NCBI GenBank assembly: GCA_010405405.1
Contig: MU004233.1
Coordinates: 1,625,122-1,689,121 of the forward strand
Reading direction: 5' to 3'
DNA length: 64,000 bases
From: Microthyrium microscopicum
Lineage: Eukaryota
A program made the position numbers and the translations under genes. The notes beneath the pieces were generated by a model, which ran no database searches, had not been told where the DNA came from, and was given only the letters and a program-made list of their open reading frames with translations. Shown piece by piece: positions 48,477 to 62,740 of this stretch. Numbering within the stretch: the stretch's first letter is position 1; every line of letters begins with the position of its first letter.

Positions 48477-50466
48477 TCATAATCTCCGCTTCTTCTGAAT
48501 CATTCCATCTAGCTTCATCTGGCCACCAACTCTTTTCCTTCCCGCAGTTAGCTTCAGGTCTTCGGGAGGCCTGAGTTCGCTTATCGATGTTGCATCGCCG
48601 CCCGTTATCTCTCCTGTAAAGCTACCAACAGCAGAGCCGTGGACAGCAGCACCAGGACCAACTGGACCTTTAGTAACGCCTTCACCTTCGTTGTCGAACA
48701 ACTCTTGCCATGATCCATCTTTGACTTCAGGATTATCTCCAAAGATATGAACAGAGTAAGCCTTTTTCATCGCATCGAGGCATATCTTCCTCCTTTCGCT
48801 GAAGTCAAACATCGGCTTTGGATAAACTTTGATATCCAACCCGTTCACATCAGAATCCAAACCATCCCCTTTAATGACGCAGCCCCATGACTTTTGATCA
48901 GCAATAGGTGCTTTCCAAGGTTCGTAGATGTACTTCGCCGGATATTTTCCAAGTTCTGGTACATATTTCCTCACAAAGTCACCATTCTTGTCCCATTTTG
49001 CTGGAAACGTGATAGGACTGTATATGCGAAAGTACTGGGAGAAGAAAGCAGTAGCGCTCAACCACTGCCAATTGCCAGCATTGCAAGCGACTTCATGGTC
49101 GAGTAACCACATTTCAAAGACTTCAGCACCGCGCTCCCAATCAATATAGCATCCGCCTCTTGTGAGAAAGCAGGCAACTGCGTGACGACCCAAGTGGTGG
49201 ATCCAACCTTCCGTTCGTAGTTGACGCATAAGCCCATCGATCCAGGGAAATCCTGTCGTCCCGCTCTGCCAGCGCTTGAACCAAATGTCTGCTTCCACCG
49301 AATCAATGGAATATTTAGTAGGATACGCAGTCTTATCGTCGTAGATACTTGGGAGATGCCAGGGGATGAATCGACATTTTGGATTGTCGAGCATCCTTCC
49401 AAATTTATGGCCTAGTGATGCTTGGGCGCCGAAGTACATATCTCGGAAAAGAAGTTGGCCGGTTAGATTTGTGGGTGGAACTGTTGCTTTTCCTTTGTGC
49501 CTTTTGCTAAAAGAGACTATTGTGTCTTCAGTATCCCAGTAAAATTTGCGAATCGAGAGCGACCCGAAGTGAAGATGAGGTGATAGTAGGGTGGTAGATT
49601 GTGGAGAGAATGCTGTAGGTGCTGATTCTGGCTTTGAAAAGGTTGCGATGTAGTTTGGATCGGATATTAGATCTGCTAGATTCTTTAAAGCTATTGACTC
49701 TCCGCCGCGATGGGGAGTGGTTGCTGGTGTTATTCCTAGTTCTTTCAATGTTGGGACGGCGAAATCGCCATTCGGCCCTGCGATGGACATGTACGAGGAA
49801 TCTTTCGAGTTTCTGTAGCCGGCGTTACGGTCCAGTAATGGTTCAGGAAGACTGTGATCAATCTCGAAGGACGTATCTCCTGGATCTGGTAGAGATAAAG
49901 GGGCAGGTAATGGACGAGGCACTGCTGGAAGCTTCTTTGCTGCAGATTGAACCTGAGCTATGGTCATTGTTGGACCACCATTGATGTCAACAAGCTCATC
50001 TGGATCGTATAAGTTTCGGCCTTGTCTACATATGATAGTAATGCCGGCTTTCTTGGCCAAATTGGTCACTTCATGGTCTCGATCTCGCGCATAGGCGTCT
50101 GTGTCCTTTTCGAACACCAAGTGGGTAATTCTCCAGGCCTTGAAAAGCTTTGGAAGCACCGTCTGTGGTGCTTCTCTCAGAACAAACAGTTTTGATTTTG
50201 AGTTCAGCTTTGTGATATTTGTTGAGAGATCATTTTGGCAGTCAATTCTGGAACAAATTAGCCCCTTTTTTGAAGTGATAGAAGAATACTAACAGAAACT
50301 GCCACCGATTCGGACCAACTCGAGTATTGTAAACGTATTGCGGGTCCCATGTCCAGATGGGATATAAAACTTCAGGATACAAGTCTAAAGCTGCTTTCAG
50401 GCCCGGCGAATCGTGCAATCGGAGATCAGTCCGAAACCAATAAAGAACTCGAGGTTTGACAGTCAT
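48477..50466 (-). CDS. (6-4) photolyase / animal-cryptochrome-like protein; one intron at about 50243-50293
   Basis: YWFRTDLRLHDSP, TTLLSPHLHFG.LS.R, G.TGFPWID..MRQL..EGWIHHLGRHAVACFLTRG, NAGNWQWLS, YIYEPWKAP. The HH..RH pattern is the (6-4) type. Confidence 0.93.
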
Positions 50467-51093
50467 TTTCAGCGATTTCTGTCATTCCTAGAAATTATGT
50501 ATGCAAGACCCTGGACAATATATCCTTGGAGAACATCCCAAGGTCCTCTTGGCCAAAAAGCTGTTGAGCATTCTTGGTGTTTGCTTGCAATCTATGACGC
50601 TTTCTTGACCACTTCAAGCGCCACCCAGCCGCTCAGAAGAGCCTCATTCATGCTTTCAGAAACAACAATTTGAGGTCCCTGTTTAGCAGACTACGCTGTC
50701 GTTAAAAATGTAAATTTTTACATCAATTAGGTAGAATTGTTAAAAGAATCAGCTTGTCCATTCGCTGCCTCTTTCTGAGAGGGATCCGAGTTCTGGATAA
50801 AACAACATTTTCGAAAACAACAAAGACTAAGAAAGTTATATGAGATTCCTAAATTGATGAACATTTTGTGTACAATTGCTTCATTTCACTTCAATATGCT
50901 GGCGCCTACCCAGATCAATTAGACACGAATGCTTTATTAGAGTAATAAGATGGCAGCAACGCTAAGCTCGAGGTCATCGATCGACAGTCAATTCCCAGCC
51001 AACCAGGCTTTCATCAAACCATTTCAACAATATATAAATCTAGCATTTGAATCCAAAACCGACCATAAAAAACACCCACCACCCACCAAAACA

Positions 51094-51910
51094 ATGCCAG
51101 CCTACACCATAACCATAATATCCGACCCCGTCTGCCCCTGGTGCTACATCGGTCACAACCGCCTCACCCGCGGTACTTCTCCCCACCTCCCATCCCTCAT
51201 GCCCCAATATCCCTTCACCAACACTATTCTCCTTCACCACTGACCTCTCCCTAGCAATATCCCTCTTCACAAAAACCCACCCCGCCGGCCCATCCTCCAC
51301 ATTCAGCATATCCTGGTCACCCTTCTATCTCGACCCCAGCGCCCCAACCCATAGCATCTCCAAGCGCGAACGCGCAGCCCAACGGCATGGACAGGCACGT
51401 GTAGACGAGATGTTTGCGCGGTTGAGGACACTTGGGGAGAGGGAGGGGATTGTGTTTAGCTTTGAGGGCAGGATTGGGAGTACGAGGAATGCGCATCGGC
51501 TGATTGGGCTTGCTGGGAAACAAGGCGAGGAGAGCGGGATGCAGGGGGCGGTGGTGGAGGGTCTATTTAAGGAGCATTTTGAGGGAGATGCTGATATCAC
51601 GGACGTGGACTGGCTAGTTAGTGTCGCGACGGAGGCGGGGATGGATGGGGAGATGGTGAGGAGTTATTTGGAAAGTGAGGAGGGTGGGGAGGCGGTTGAT
51701 GAGACGGCGAGACGGAATCGCGGGAAGGTTAATGGAGTGCCGGCGTTTGAGATTGGGGAGTTTTTTGTAGAGGGGGCGCAGGAGGAGATGGAGTTTTATG
51801 AAGTTTTTGCGAAAATTGCGGAGAGAGAGGAAGGGACGTATAAGTTTCTGGGCGCGAAGCAGGCGAAGAAAGAGGTAAGTGGAGGAAACGCGGAGGTCGG
51901 GCTGTGTTAA
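51094..51910 (+). CDS. DsbA/FrnE-like thioredoxin-fold protein; one intron at about 51172-51254
   Basis: ISDPVCPWCYIG, PFYLDP, GSTRNAHRLI, VNGVPAF, VEGAQ. Confidence 0.9.
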
Positions 51911-52007
51911 GGAGTTGATTATGCCATTATAAGAGATCGCGTAGAATTGTTTAAGATGATGCGATTGAAGATGCTATCAAGTTACATCAAATATCATACA
52001 ACAGCTA

Positions 52008-54618
52008 CTAAGCCTTGACCAGCCGAGTTGCGATGAACCAGCAGAGTATGCCCGACATTATCATGCCCATTGTGATACCAAAGAACCAGCGTAAATCTCC
52101 TTCCTCGCCCTGCTCGCCTGGCACTCTAGTGTTCATGCCAAACAGTCCAGTAACAATATTCATGGGCAGAACAATAGTACCCAATATAGTCAACTTGTTC
52201 AGCATGTCATTCGTCTTCTCTGAGCGTTCATTCATGCGCATGTTGATTTGGCCCAGATAATTTCCATGAGCTCGAGATAGGATATTTTCGTAGTGGCTTA
52301 GATTGCCTGTCATGGTGACAATGTGATCTTGGATATCACCTAGGTAGAGTCCAATTTCGCTTCGTGGTGCAACTTCCCATTGCTCGTTGCATCGTTTTGC
52401 AAAGCCTTTGATTACATCGGCTTTGGTTCCAAGGAGGCGGTATAGGCTCATGACTTTCTTCCGGCAGTCACCTACATGTCGCAGCATATTGGCCTGGAAG
52501 TCTCCGAGATTCTCTGCACCTGGATCTTTTTCGGACACTGCAGTATAGCCTTCGGTGCTTCTGCTGCTGCTTGTGAAACCACCGAGGATTTTTTTGAAGA
52601 TGGATCGGCGTGGTTTGTGCTTCTTTGGTGTATCTTCTTCCCAGTTGGCGACATCGAGTATTGCTAGGTCGATTTGGTCAACCTCTTCCTCAATCTTCTG
52701 GATGAGTGGAGCATATGCATCAGTTACATCGTCAATGAGAGCATATGAGATCCAGTCTGTGGTGAGGAAGAGATAGTCAGAAAGTTGTCGAATTCTGCGC
52801 CGTACATTTGCAGGATGAGGTGTTTGTGAAAAATGGAACTAGAGCTGTTAGAAAAGTTGCACAATATCCAAGGCAATAACTTACGCTGAGGACGCCTTCG
52901 CGGAAAACAACAACATATATGTTCACCGGCTCCATATAATCCTCGCTATTCTGGTCTTGTTCGAATGAACGATAGTTAACAAAGTAGTAGTTGCGGAAAA
53001 GCTCGACTTTCTCTCGTTCCTCTTGCGTCATAATGTCTTCTGCTGTGAGTGGATGGATTCCAAACGTCTTAGATAGATATCTCATTTCTGCATCGGTAGG
53101 ACACAGCACATCCAACCAGAAAACCGGACGTGGTCCATATTTCGGAATCTTTTCTCTCGGTGGTGATTTGACTCCGGTAGGAGTACCACGACCAGTAGGA
53201 GTCTCAGAGGAATTGGCAGTACTAGCTTGTTTGCCATTTCGGAAAATACTAGGGGGCCGGTTCATGGCTCCAGAGATTTTCCTATCCAAGTCATTGCCAC
53301 CGGAAAGAGTTCTTGACATGTCATCGTCATCATCCTCGTCAGAGCTTGAGTCTTCCAGGATAGTGGGCTCAGGACGGAAGAGGTCGTGAAAACTTTGGCC
53401 ATCCTGGAGGAGCTCTGATATGGTTTGACTGTGTATAGTGCTTTCAAACTCCTCGTTGAAATAAGTAAAGCGATATGGTGCGTCTTCAACTTGACGATGC
53501 CAGTCCACACGACGCGGCCGAAGTCGTCCTTCAACCAGAAGAGGTTCGTTGACTTTTCTAGCTCGAACCCTACCCTCAAAAGCAAGCTCTTCCATTTCCT
53601 CTACACTCCAAGCATCCAATATTCGTAGATCTGGCCAGTGCTTGGCGTGTCTTCGGCGAGGTCGAGCACTTCCTATATCGGTCTCTGGTCGATTAGACTC
53701 CTCTTCTTCCGCAATCTCAGAGAGTATATCTTGTGGGAAGCAAACATCCTCCTCCGCAACCAGAGTCATCCGTCGTTTCACTCCAGGTGGACTTCCATCG
53801 ATGTTGCTAAATTCCATCGGCTGATCAATGTCAATGATAGCGTCTCTAGCAAACGGTTCGTCATGCACCATAGAGTCTGATATGTCTGCAGGTATACCGT
53901 TCGTCGGGCTGCCAGGCCTAGATGGGGGATTGTTGACATCAAAGTCCATGGCCAGTAGAGAGGTAGTGCGAGGGAGGTCGACCGAGCGGCGTCTACCAGA
54001 CCTTGACGAGTCTCGTGAAGTGTGACGCCAAACGGAGCTGAATCTTTGATTGTTTCCTTGAGAGTTTCCATGGATGGGAGATGGCCGTCGTCCCCAGTAT
54101 TGGGAGCCAAGAAGAGGCGATCTCTCATCTTGTGATGGGTCTTGTAGCTCGAGATCAGGTACAGTGGTTGAACGACCTAGTCGAGAAGTACTCATAGTGC
54201 CATGGTTAGGATTGAAACGCGACTGTGAGCCGTACAAGCTTTGATGGAGGCTTTGTCTACGGGCTTGTAGAGGTCCATTTTCTCTGTAATTGTCGAATTA
54301 GATACTGTAAAACTGTATGTGATATGCATCCTACCGATGATCGAGTAGAGCCTCACTATTCAAGCTTTCCGAGCTCTCGTTCCCCCGGCCCAGTCTGTAT
54401 ATGCTGTCGCGAGGATTTGGGGCAGAATCAACGTGTGGCTGAAGAGGTGGACGTTCTTGATCGGAATGTGAAGGGGCGTCTGCGTCGGCAACAAAGGACT
54501 GGCGACGTCCTTTGCGCTTCTTGTTCTTACGTTTTCGTTTAGGAAGGGATTGAGGAGGCATTGCGGCTAACGGCGGTCGTTCACGATCATCGGATCTACC
54601 TCTTGAGGGACTCGTCAT
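52008..54618 (-). CDS. CorA-family Mg2+ transporter (Alr1/Mnr2-like); introns
   Basis: PYRFTYF, FWLDVL.PT..EM, FGIHPLTAEDI..QE.REKVELF, LYLGDIQDH, PMNIVTGLFGMN signature and two C-terminal TM helices. Confidence 0.93.
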
Positions 54619-55606
54619 AGCAATAGGATGAGGCTACAGTGACATGATGGAAGAAGAGAAGAGGTAGTTGGAGAGAAGGTTCGGCTAAGGAAGGCAAGCT
54701 GAGTTGTTATGTGGAGAAAATGGAGAAGTGGTCAGACTTGTTGAAGTGGAACCGGGTTTGTGGTGGGAAAGTTCAAAGCGGGAGAACTGGGATGATGGAT
54801 CGGTTTCGATGATGAACCTAACAGGTAGGTACAAGGATTAAGCTTTTGAGCTTTTGTGTCCGGGATGAGACGAGAAGAGAAGAAGCTTGTTCTGAATGCT
54901 TGAAATCAAGCCAAGAGGATGGACAAAGTCGAGATCAAGGTATTGTGGTAATGATTGGGAAGTGGACAAGTGGTTCAGCGAAAGTCGACTACGGTACCAG
55001 AGACTGATGATTGATGCTTCATGAGTGTCGCGTGCGTGAGCAGAGTCTTGGCATTCAACCAAGCTTTCTTTCTACTTTTCTACCAAAAGCTACTTGCATT
55101 TCTGTCGCCAGGGGCAAAATTCTTCATCAATCACTTCAATCGTCAAATTTTTACTCAAGCTTTTCTTTTTCGCGCGTACTGTCTGTCTGTCTTCCAAGAG
55201 TACAATGCCCCACACCTGTCCCCTACACTAATTGAATCCTCTTATGGACGCGTCAATTGAAGACCCCTTAAAGTACACCTTCCAAGAACGCGTGCGGATG
55301 GTGTCGTTGAACGACAGTAATCGACACTGAAGATGGGGTCCGAAACATCAATCAGAGCGGTTGCTGTCTGCAATTGCTTAAGATACCCGTTGAGTTGGTA
55401 CGTTTCATGTACCTTGTGTGTATGTCTATTGCCTACCTAGGTGATTATATTACTATTATATGCGTCAGAATAGGACTGTATCTCCAGTACTAGATCGTGC
55501 AGCTTCAACGCCAGGTTTTCACTCTGCTTGCCGTTGCTGAAGAACACAAATCGTTCCGGCTAGGCAAAAGACCCTCGTCTTAAGAAAAAGTTCTCCTCCT
55601 GGCAAG

Positions 55607-57336
55607 CTAGAATGGCGGAGTTTGACCGATTTTACGAAGAGCAGTACCCCAGGCTGTGAATACCGACGCTCGTAGATTATCCGCCGTGGATCTGATTGAG
55701 TTATTCGACTGGTTTTCAAAAACAATCAAACTCTTGGAGTTGGTTTCATATTTGGGCCATTTCACCGCCTTGAAGTCTATCGAACAGTCAGTTTCTGGTC
55801 CCATCGAAAAACATCAAAAGCATGCTTACCTTTTGGATTGTTCGGCGAAAGTCTATACGCGAAAGAAATCCAGCTATTCATCATCGCAATAGCAACTGCA
55901 TCATCGCCAGGAGTATGCCCACTCAGACTAGTTACTTCTCCAAACACATACGGCAATTCAGCACCATGCGTCACGCCAATTCTCTCAGCGACTTCTGGGC
56001 TCAATCCTGGATATTCATAGGTTAAATTCACCCAGCCGAGCGGCGGCTGCTGTCGGAAGCTATACCCCCAGGTATTCGCCTTTCTACTTGCGATTTCCAG
56101 AAGGGTGTGTTTTCCTAGCTCGAAGTAGGCGTCAGTATAGATGGCGTTTGCAGGCCAGAAGGCTGTAGGTGCTGTTGGATCTGCTTCGACTCCTTTGCCG
56201 AGACGAGCGGGGGTACTGGCATAGTAGAGGTCAACTAGATCTGCTGCATCCTGCGTGTTGTTGTTCAGAGCGGGAGCGAGAAAGGCTATCAGGTCATCGC
56301 GGCTTGGAAGGTTGAACGGATCTGGTAAAAATATCGCTCCCTCGTCGAGATTGGTGCCATGGATTATGGGCAGATGCGCAAACTGTTCCGTCTCGACGAG
56401 ATAAGTAAGATTTGCATCAAACCAGTCATTGTCAATCGTATAATCGATCTCCGCCGCACTGACGAGCAGTGGCGCAATTAAGTCATACGGGACTTGTCGA
56501 AGGCACTCGAGACCTCGAACTCCTGTACAATTGGTTTGTTGAAGCAGATCCGCATAGGTCGATGCACCAGCTTCAGCGTCGAGGGCGAGTGGAAAGTATG
56601 GAGATCCTGGGGCTCCGGATTGAGTTATCATTCCTTGAAAGTAGTTGCCGCTTTCATTTCTTATATAGGCGTAGTGAAGTTGCGCCCAGGCATTTGCTGC
56701 TCCAGATGATTCCCCAAAGATGATGACTTTCCCCGGATCACCGCCGAAACCTTTGATGTTATCATGCACCCATTTCAGAGCCAGATATTGGTCTTTGAGG
56801 CCCAGATTCGTTACGCCAGCAGCAAGAAAAGTAGGATTATTCAAGAAGCCGAATCCACCCAGTCTGTAGTTTATGCCCACGTATATGATGGGTTCATCGA
56901 TGGAGATGGAATGCTGGACTAACGCAGTGCCATTGTAAAAGATGGACTGCCCGTTCAAATTCGCGCCTCCATGGATGAAGAAGAGGACCGGTAGAGAAGA
57001 ATGGTTCTTAATGGCGGTAGGTCTGATGATGTTGAGAGTTAGACAGTCTTCGCTGAGACCATTGTATTCCTCATAGATGGATAGCTGAGGACAACCAGGA
57101 CCATAGGAGCTGGCATTGTAAACATGACTGGAATTTGAAGGCAATGGCTTCGGATCTGAGAATCGCAAGTTTCCAATTGGAGGCTCTGCGTATGGGATAC
57201 CGAGGAACTGGTCTAACGTTGATATAGAAGAGTTCCCATAGAACGTGCCACTGGGACTTTCTGCTTTTGGAGTTTTCAAAGCGTCAGACGTCGCAGTATA
57301 AATAATGAGCAATGCTCGTAAGCTCAAAAGCTGCAT
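55607..57336 (-). CDS. Secreted type-B carboxylesterase/lipase; one intron near the 3' end (about 55778-55829)
   Basis: Signal peptide, FLGIPYAEPP.G.LRF, SEDCL.LNI, INYRLG, FGGDP.KV.IFGESSG, N.DEG, HGAEL.YVFG. Confidence 0.93.
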
Positions 57337-58847
57337 TTTCTAGCGAGGGGGCTGGGTGTAGAGCTTCAATACGAACACTGTGGATTCCCAATGCAAGATG
57401 CTAGACACTTCTAACAGATGGTCGTAATTCTATAACTCGATTCATCAACAGACCATCGTCTTACAAAATGGAGTGGAAGAATGTTTGAATTACGTAGTAT
57501 CGGTTAATGGCTTGAGGAGAAGTTCTCCAGCCATATACGATGGCGAATAAGAGGTTAGCTGCTCCTGTGGCTGCATGAAGAAGTGCTAGTTCAATTCGGA
57601 AAAGGTGCATGACGAAGCATATAAAAAGCCAGCTCATCCTACGAAGTCATATTTTACTCGCAAGTTAGAGGCTGTCGTCGGAGGAGCAGGCCTGACCAAG
57701 CTGAGAGGTATGATTTTTCGTCGAGGATCTGGAAGGTAGGTATCAATTTCACCATTCTTGTGAGAAGGTGCGGTTGTTACCTATCGGCTGCACATCAAGT
57801 GAAATTATACGTACAGTGTCTTACACTATAGACACTATGATTGTTACCTACTGGCTTCGGTCGGATATCTGGTGCTGATATTCTCGCAATTTAATCCAGT
57901 GCGTGAGTAGATATCAAAATTTGTATCCTCGCGTGTAGGTAGTGAGGAGATTCTGGTGGCATAGTCACTGGTATCACTGCTACTTCAAAGCTGTCCAGTA
58001 GCAGGGCATAGAACTAGGCTATATGGACTATCCGGTACATATTGTAGACATACCCCTAACTCTGCAAAAACAATACAAACCTGGCATCGACACCACGTTT
58101 TGGACCATTGAGTATGTGAAAGCCAAGGCGGATCTACGACTACATACCATTCTTTTGTATATACCTATCTTTCATAGTCTGATGTATACAATTATTCAAA
58201 GCAATGTCGAACAGGTAATGTGACCGAGGCTACGTTTCAGAGGAATGGTACTGCTATATCACCTGTTTTACTGTACTTTGCCCTGCTTTCTTGGAAATGG
58301 GTCTTCCGAAATTGAGGTATTCAATGACTTGAGAGACTACTATGGGGACGAATAGCTGCATCAACACAATATCAGTGATTATAATTGTTAAATAAAAACA
58401 GAGATCCAAAGATGATTTTGACCTATAATAAGATTCATACGGGTCCAATCAATATGGATTGACACCATGGCGATTGACATCCTCTTCGAGTTTCTGCTGA
58501 TCGGTTTATGCCGTAGCGACAAGTATCAAATCGTTCTTCGAGAATCTAGTGAGAAGAATGAGGCTCTTTTCTGGGTTTACTTATTGTCTGTTGATTAATA
58601 TAGCAGGCTCATTGAACGCAGCAAATAATGCCTATAGTATTTTGATTGAATGGGATATCCGAGGACAGTGCGCAGTAAATATAATTTACTCTAAGTTATA
58701 CCGGGCTACTACCACCGAACCAAAAGTGAAGTTCGATTTTTTGGTATTCAAACTGTGAGATGCGCCTGTAAGAATCTTCTCGAAAGTCAAGGGATCCACT
58801 CTCGTTTTTTATTTTCCTGGTTCTTGAGAGTCCGTAGCTTGTCGAAA

Positions 58848-61427
58848 ATGAAGCTTTCCTCTCTTTTAAGCCAAATCGGCTACTTCGCTGCGCTTTCATG
58901 CGCCAGTGTTGTTGAATCAGAAAGCGTCGAACAGGCCACCCAATCGCCAGCAGCTTCCGCATACTGGTTCGAGAACGTAAAGCGCACTGGAGGCACAACC
59001 TTCCGAAACGTCAAGGAATACGGTGCCAAAGGCGATGGTGTCACAGACGATACAGCAGCTATTCAAAAAGCCATTGCCGGACGGGGCGGCGGAGGAGGAT
59101 TTTTCTCAACCACCAGGAACCTCGTATACTTCCCAGCAGGAACATACGTAGTCAGCAGCGGTCTGAAAGCCAGCTCGTGGTCCGTATTCCAAGGAGACCC
59201 AATAAATCGACCCGTTATCAAGGCCAGCGCTGGCTTCAGTGGCACTGTCCTCCTTAGAGGTTCCGTTGGAGCAAGCAGTGGTCTTGCAGACTTTTTCCGC
59301 ACAGTCAAGGATCTGGTTTTCGATACAACTGCTGTGCCAAGCAGCAAGAGTCTTGCGATCATCCTCTGGTCCCTAAGTCAGGGTTCGCAGATTCAAAATG
59401 TTCTTTTCAAGATGGCGCCCGGAGCTGGCGCCACAGGCCATATCGGAATTCAATCAGTTGGAGCTAATTCCCCAACTTTCCTGAATGATTTGGAGTTCCA
59501 GGGTGGCCATATTGGCATGTCCATCTCGGATACTCAATATCAGTTCAAGACCATGGTTTTCAAGGGTGAGTATCTCCTGGATTGCTACGTACATCACTGA
59601 AAGCTCACACAAGATAGGTTGCACTATCGGTATCAAGGTGAATCAAATGCTTGTCGGCACTGGACAAAATCTCCACTTCGATGGAGTGGGCACTGGTGTA
59701 GATTCTACTGCTACCGGAACAGCTCACTTCAATTTGATCGACTCGACCGCAAAGAATACTAAGGTTGTTTTTTCTGGTGCAGGCTCCGCCGTGAACACGG
59801 TAGCCCTCCAGAACGTCAAAGTTGATGCAACAGTGCCAGTTGTAAGTCTATTCTCCCAGAAAAAAGCAACTTCAAACACATCAAGTTGTTCATGAAAGGA
59901 GTCAGGAACTAATTCAGACCCTAGACCGTCCGAATTGGTGGCGCCTCCTCCTTAACTGGATCCGTGGCAGCTGGCCAAACCTGGCTCAAGGGCGGCAAGT
60001 ACGCAGCAGGTGCAGCAGGTAAATCCGTGTCTCCTGGCGAGCTCATCCCAACTCCCCGTGGAGCAAACCTCGTCGACAGCACCGGTGCCTTTGTGACCGT
60101 AGTCCCACCAACATACAAGGAATTCACCGTTGATCAAGTCATCAACGTCAAGGAATCTGGCGCACGTGGTGATGGCACCAGCGACGATACTGCTGCCATC
60201 CAAGCAGCGGTCACCGCCGCGGCTGCGAAGGGCTCACTGTTGTTCTTCCCTTTCGGCACCTACATCATCTCAGACACCATCAAGGTTCCCAAAAACAGTC
60301 GATTGGTCGGCGAAGCCTGGACTCAATTGAGAGCCACAGGTGCCAAGTTCGGAAGCATCGGAAGCCCAAGACCTATGATCAAGATTGGAGAACCCGGAGA
60401 TGTTGGTATGTATAACGAACTGGAAGATGTACGTTCTTGACTTTTCTAACTCGATTATTCTCTTAGGTCTTGCGCAAATGAGCACTTTCATCCTCGATAT
60501 CAAGTCCTCCTGCCCTGGCCTCAAGCTTCTTGAAATCAATATGGCCGGTACTAAGCCCGGTGATGTTGGCTTCTACGACATCCACTTCCCTCTAAACCAG
60601 GGAGGTGTCATTGCTAAATCTGCTGGCTGCACGTCTGCTGGAAACTGTCCTTCAGTTCACGTTTCGGTCCACATGACGCCAACTTCATCGGTATACTGGG
60701 AGAACACTTGGGTATCCGACGCTGGTGGCAGTCAATCCAAGACCGCTAATGGAGGCGGTTTCCTCGTTGAATCTCAAGGTGGAACCTGGATTAATGGACT
60801 CGGTTCAGGTTAGTAATTGCCCAGGGAGACTACTCAAGAAACTTGAGATTGTCATAATGGAGCAACGAGATCAGCTGCTAATAATGATACAGAGCACAGC
60901 GCCATGTACCAAATCGCCATTCACAAAGCCAAGGGCGTCTATCTTGGTGTAATGCAATCCGAGTCCGCCTACTGGCAAGTACAAACCAAAGCCGCCGTAT
61001 TCAACCCCGGCTCTTGGGCAAGCGCTCTACTTCCCGGCGAGCCAAACTTCAGCTGGTGCGCAACTGGCGATGGATCTGTAAGTTCAATTTCTCATATGTA
61101 GCGATAACATCAACTAATCTTTCTTTCCTCTAGTGCCGTGTTGGCCTCTACCAGTACGTAACCGACTCCACCGATGTCCATCTCTATAGCGGTGGCTTCT
61201 GGAACTTCCCATGCGCCTCGCCTACTTGCCAGACACACGCCACTGTCTACGCCAACAACACTAAGCTGTTCGTTTGGGGCCAAGGTGTTATCAATTCAGT
61301 CAACATGATTGCAGAGCAGAGGGGCGGAGCGGTCACCGCTGCGGTGCCACGTACGGCTAATGTTGGTTCCAACTTCAATGGACTTACCCCCAGTGTTTTG
61401 GCCGCGTACTTGAGACAGAGTGCTTAA
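58848..61427 (+). CDS. GH55 exo-beta-1,3-glucanase-like protein (two beta-helix domains); about 5 introns
   Basis: FRNVKEYGAKGDGVTDDTAAIQ, VYFPAGTY, second NVK..GA.GDG..DDTAAIQ, FFPFGTY; spliced GSEHSAMYQ and MQSESAYWQ. Confidence 0.9.
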
Positions 61428-61701
61428 TTCAGTAGCATATCTCCTCAAATACTTTAAAATTTACTCTTTGAATCAATATAGCGAATCTTTGAAACAAGAT
61501 GAAATGAATGTCTTTGAACATGAAGTATTTCTATGAAGAAGTAGAGTCGAACAATTTTCGTTGACTCAGAGGGAAGGTTATGAATAAGTCAAGATCAGGT
61601 CTTCGTCACTGCAAGATTCTGAGACGAATAACATACACCACGGAAATTATACACCTGTTACAGAATAATGTAACCAGTTCTAACTTATGCATAGCACAAA
61701 A

Positions 61702-62740
61702 CTAATCATAAAGATCTAAAAGCGCCTCCTCCATCCCTTGACTGTACCGCTGTGCTCCGATCCCCCGACACAGCTCCCATACCTTCGCACTCGGCCGCCA
61801 GTCCTTAACTTGCCAGTAAAGTCTTCGCTTCTCAGGACCAAAGCCACTCTCTCTGTCAAGCCATACATATTCGTGCCCGACTGCTGCATACTCCACTCCC
61901 CAGTCCCACCGCTTAGCGACTTCATCATTGCATTCTTCCAGCTCAGTCAGCAGCGAGGCGAAACCAAGATTTGGCATTGAAATATAAGCTCGGGCAAATG
62001 CCTCAAGCAGCGCTTCAGCTTTCCGAGTGGGATCAGTGCGGAACTTGAACCAGCTGTAATCGTCCTCGTCGCGGCCGTACTGGGAATCTGGGTTTTCGGA
62101 CTCGGAGCTGGTGAAGAGATTTGGGACTGTGTCGCCGTGCATTTCTGCGTCGCTATCGACATCTTCAACTGGATCTTCCGTTGCTTCAGCTCTTGTCAAT
62201 GATTTGCACCAACAACTCGTCCATTGCCTTGAATGGTTTATCCGTATCGCCAAATCCACAGATTTTGGGCCAGGCTGTGAGATCTCCGCCAGCATAGGAG
62301 TGGTCAGCCAGACACATCAGTAAATTGAATGCGTATACAGGTCCATTGGCTGGAGCCTCGAGTAAAGTCTTGACGCTAGGAAGGAGGGTGACGATAGCAG
62401 CGGAAAATTCGTCGGCAGTTGGTGAAAACATGCCGAAGTCCATTCCGGGAATTCTCTTTTCTAATTTGTTATACGTTTCGCGGGCCTTCTTGCAAGTTGT
62501 AGCGTAGATCTTGGCATTGGCTTTCTTGCTGGCTTCGACATTGCTGCTATTGCTGTTTTCAATTTTGTTATCGAAGAGCGTATTTTGCTTCAAAGGAACA
62601 GCTCTTTTTTTGGTCGATGTTGTCTTTTTAGAGCTCGTAGCTTTCGTGGTTCGGGGTTTTTTGGCAACTGGTTCTGGAGACTGGTTCTTCTGATCCTCCA
62701 CCAGCACTTCCGCATTGACTCGTTTTCTGAGAGTAGGCAT
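61702..62740 (-). pseudogene. Two out-of-frame coding segments (62740-62186 and about 62187-61702): frameshifted or chimeric hypothetical gene
   Basis: The first ORF ends ...IIDKS-TGA. A protein-like +1 frame continues EATEDP...FRTDP...AFARA..MP.L...WGVEY...RRLYWQV.DWRPS. No GT-AG intron fits the junction. Confidence 0.55.

Noticed and set aside
46570..61427. Esterases, GH55, photolyase and P450 as a biosynthetic or functional gene cluster
   Set aside because: No backbone enzyme (PKS, NRPS, terpene synthase) or cluster regulator, and the genes are interspersed with housekeeping genes.
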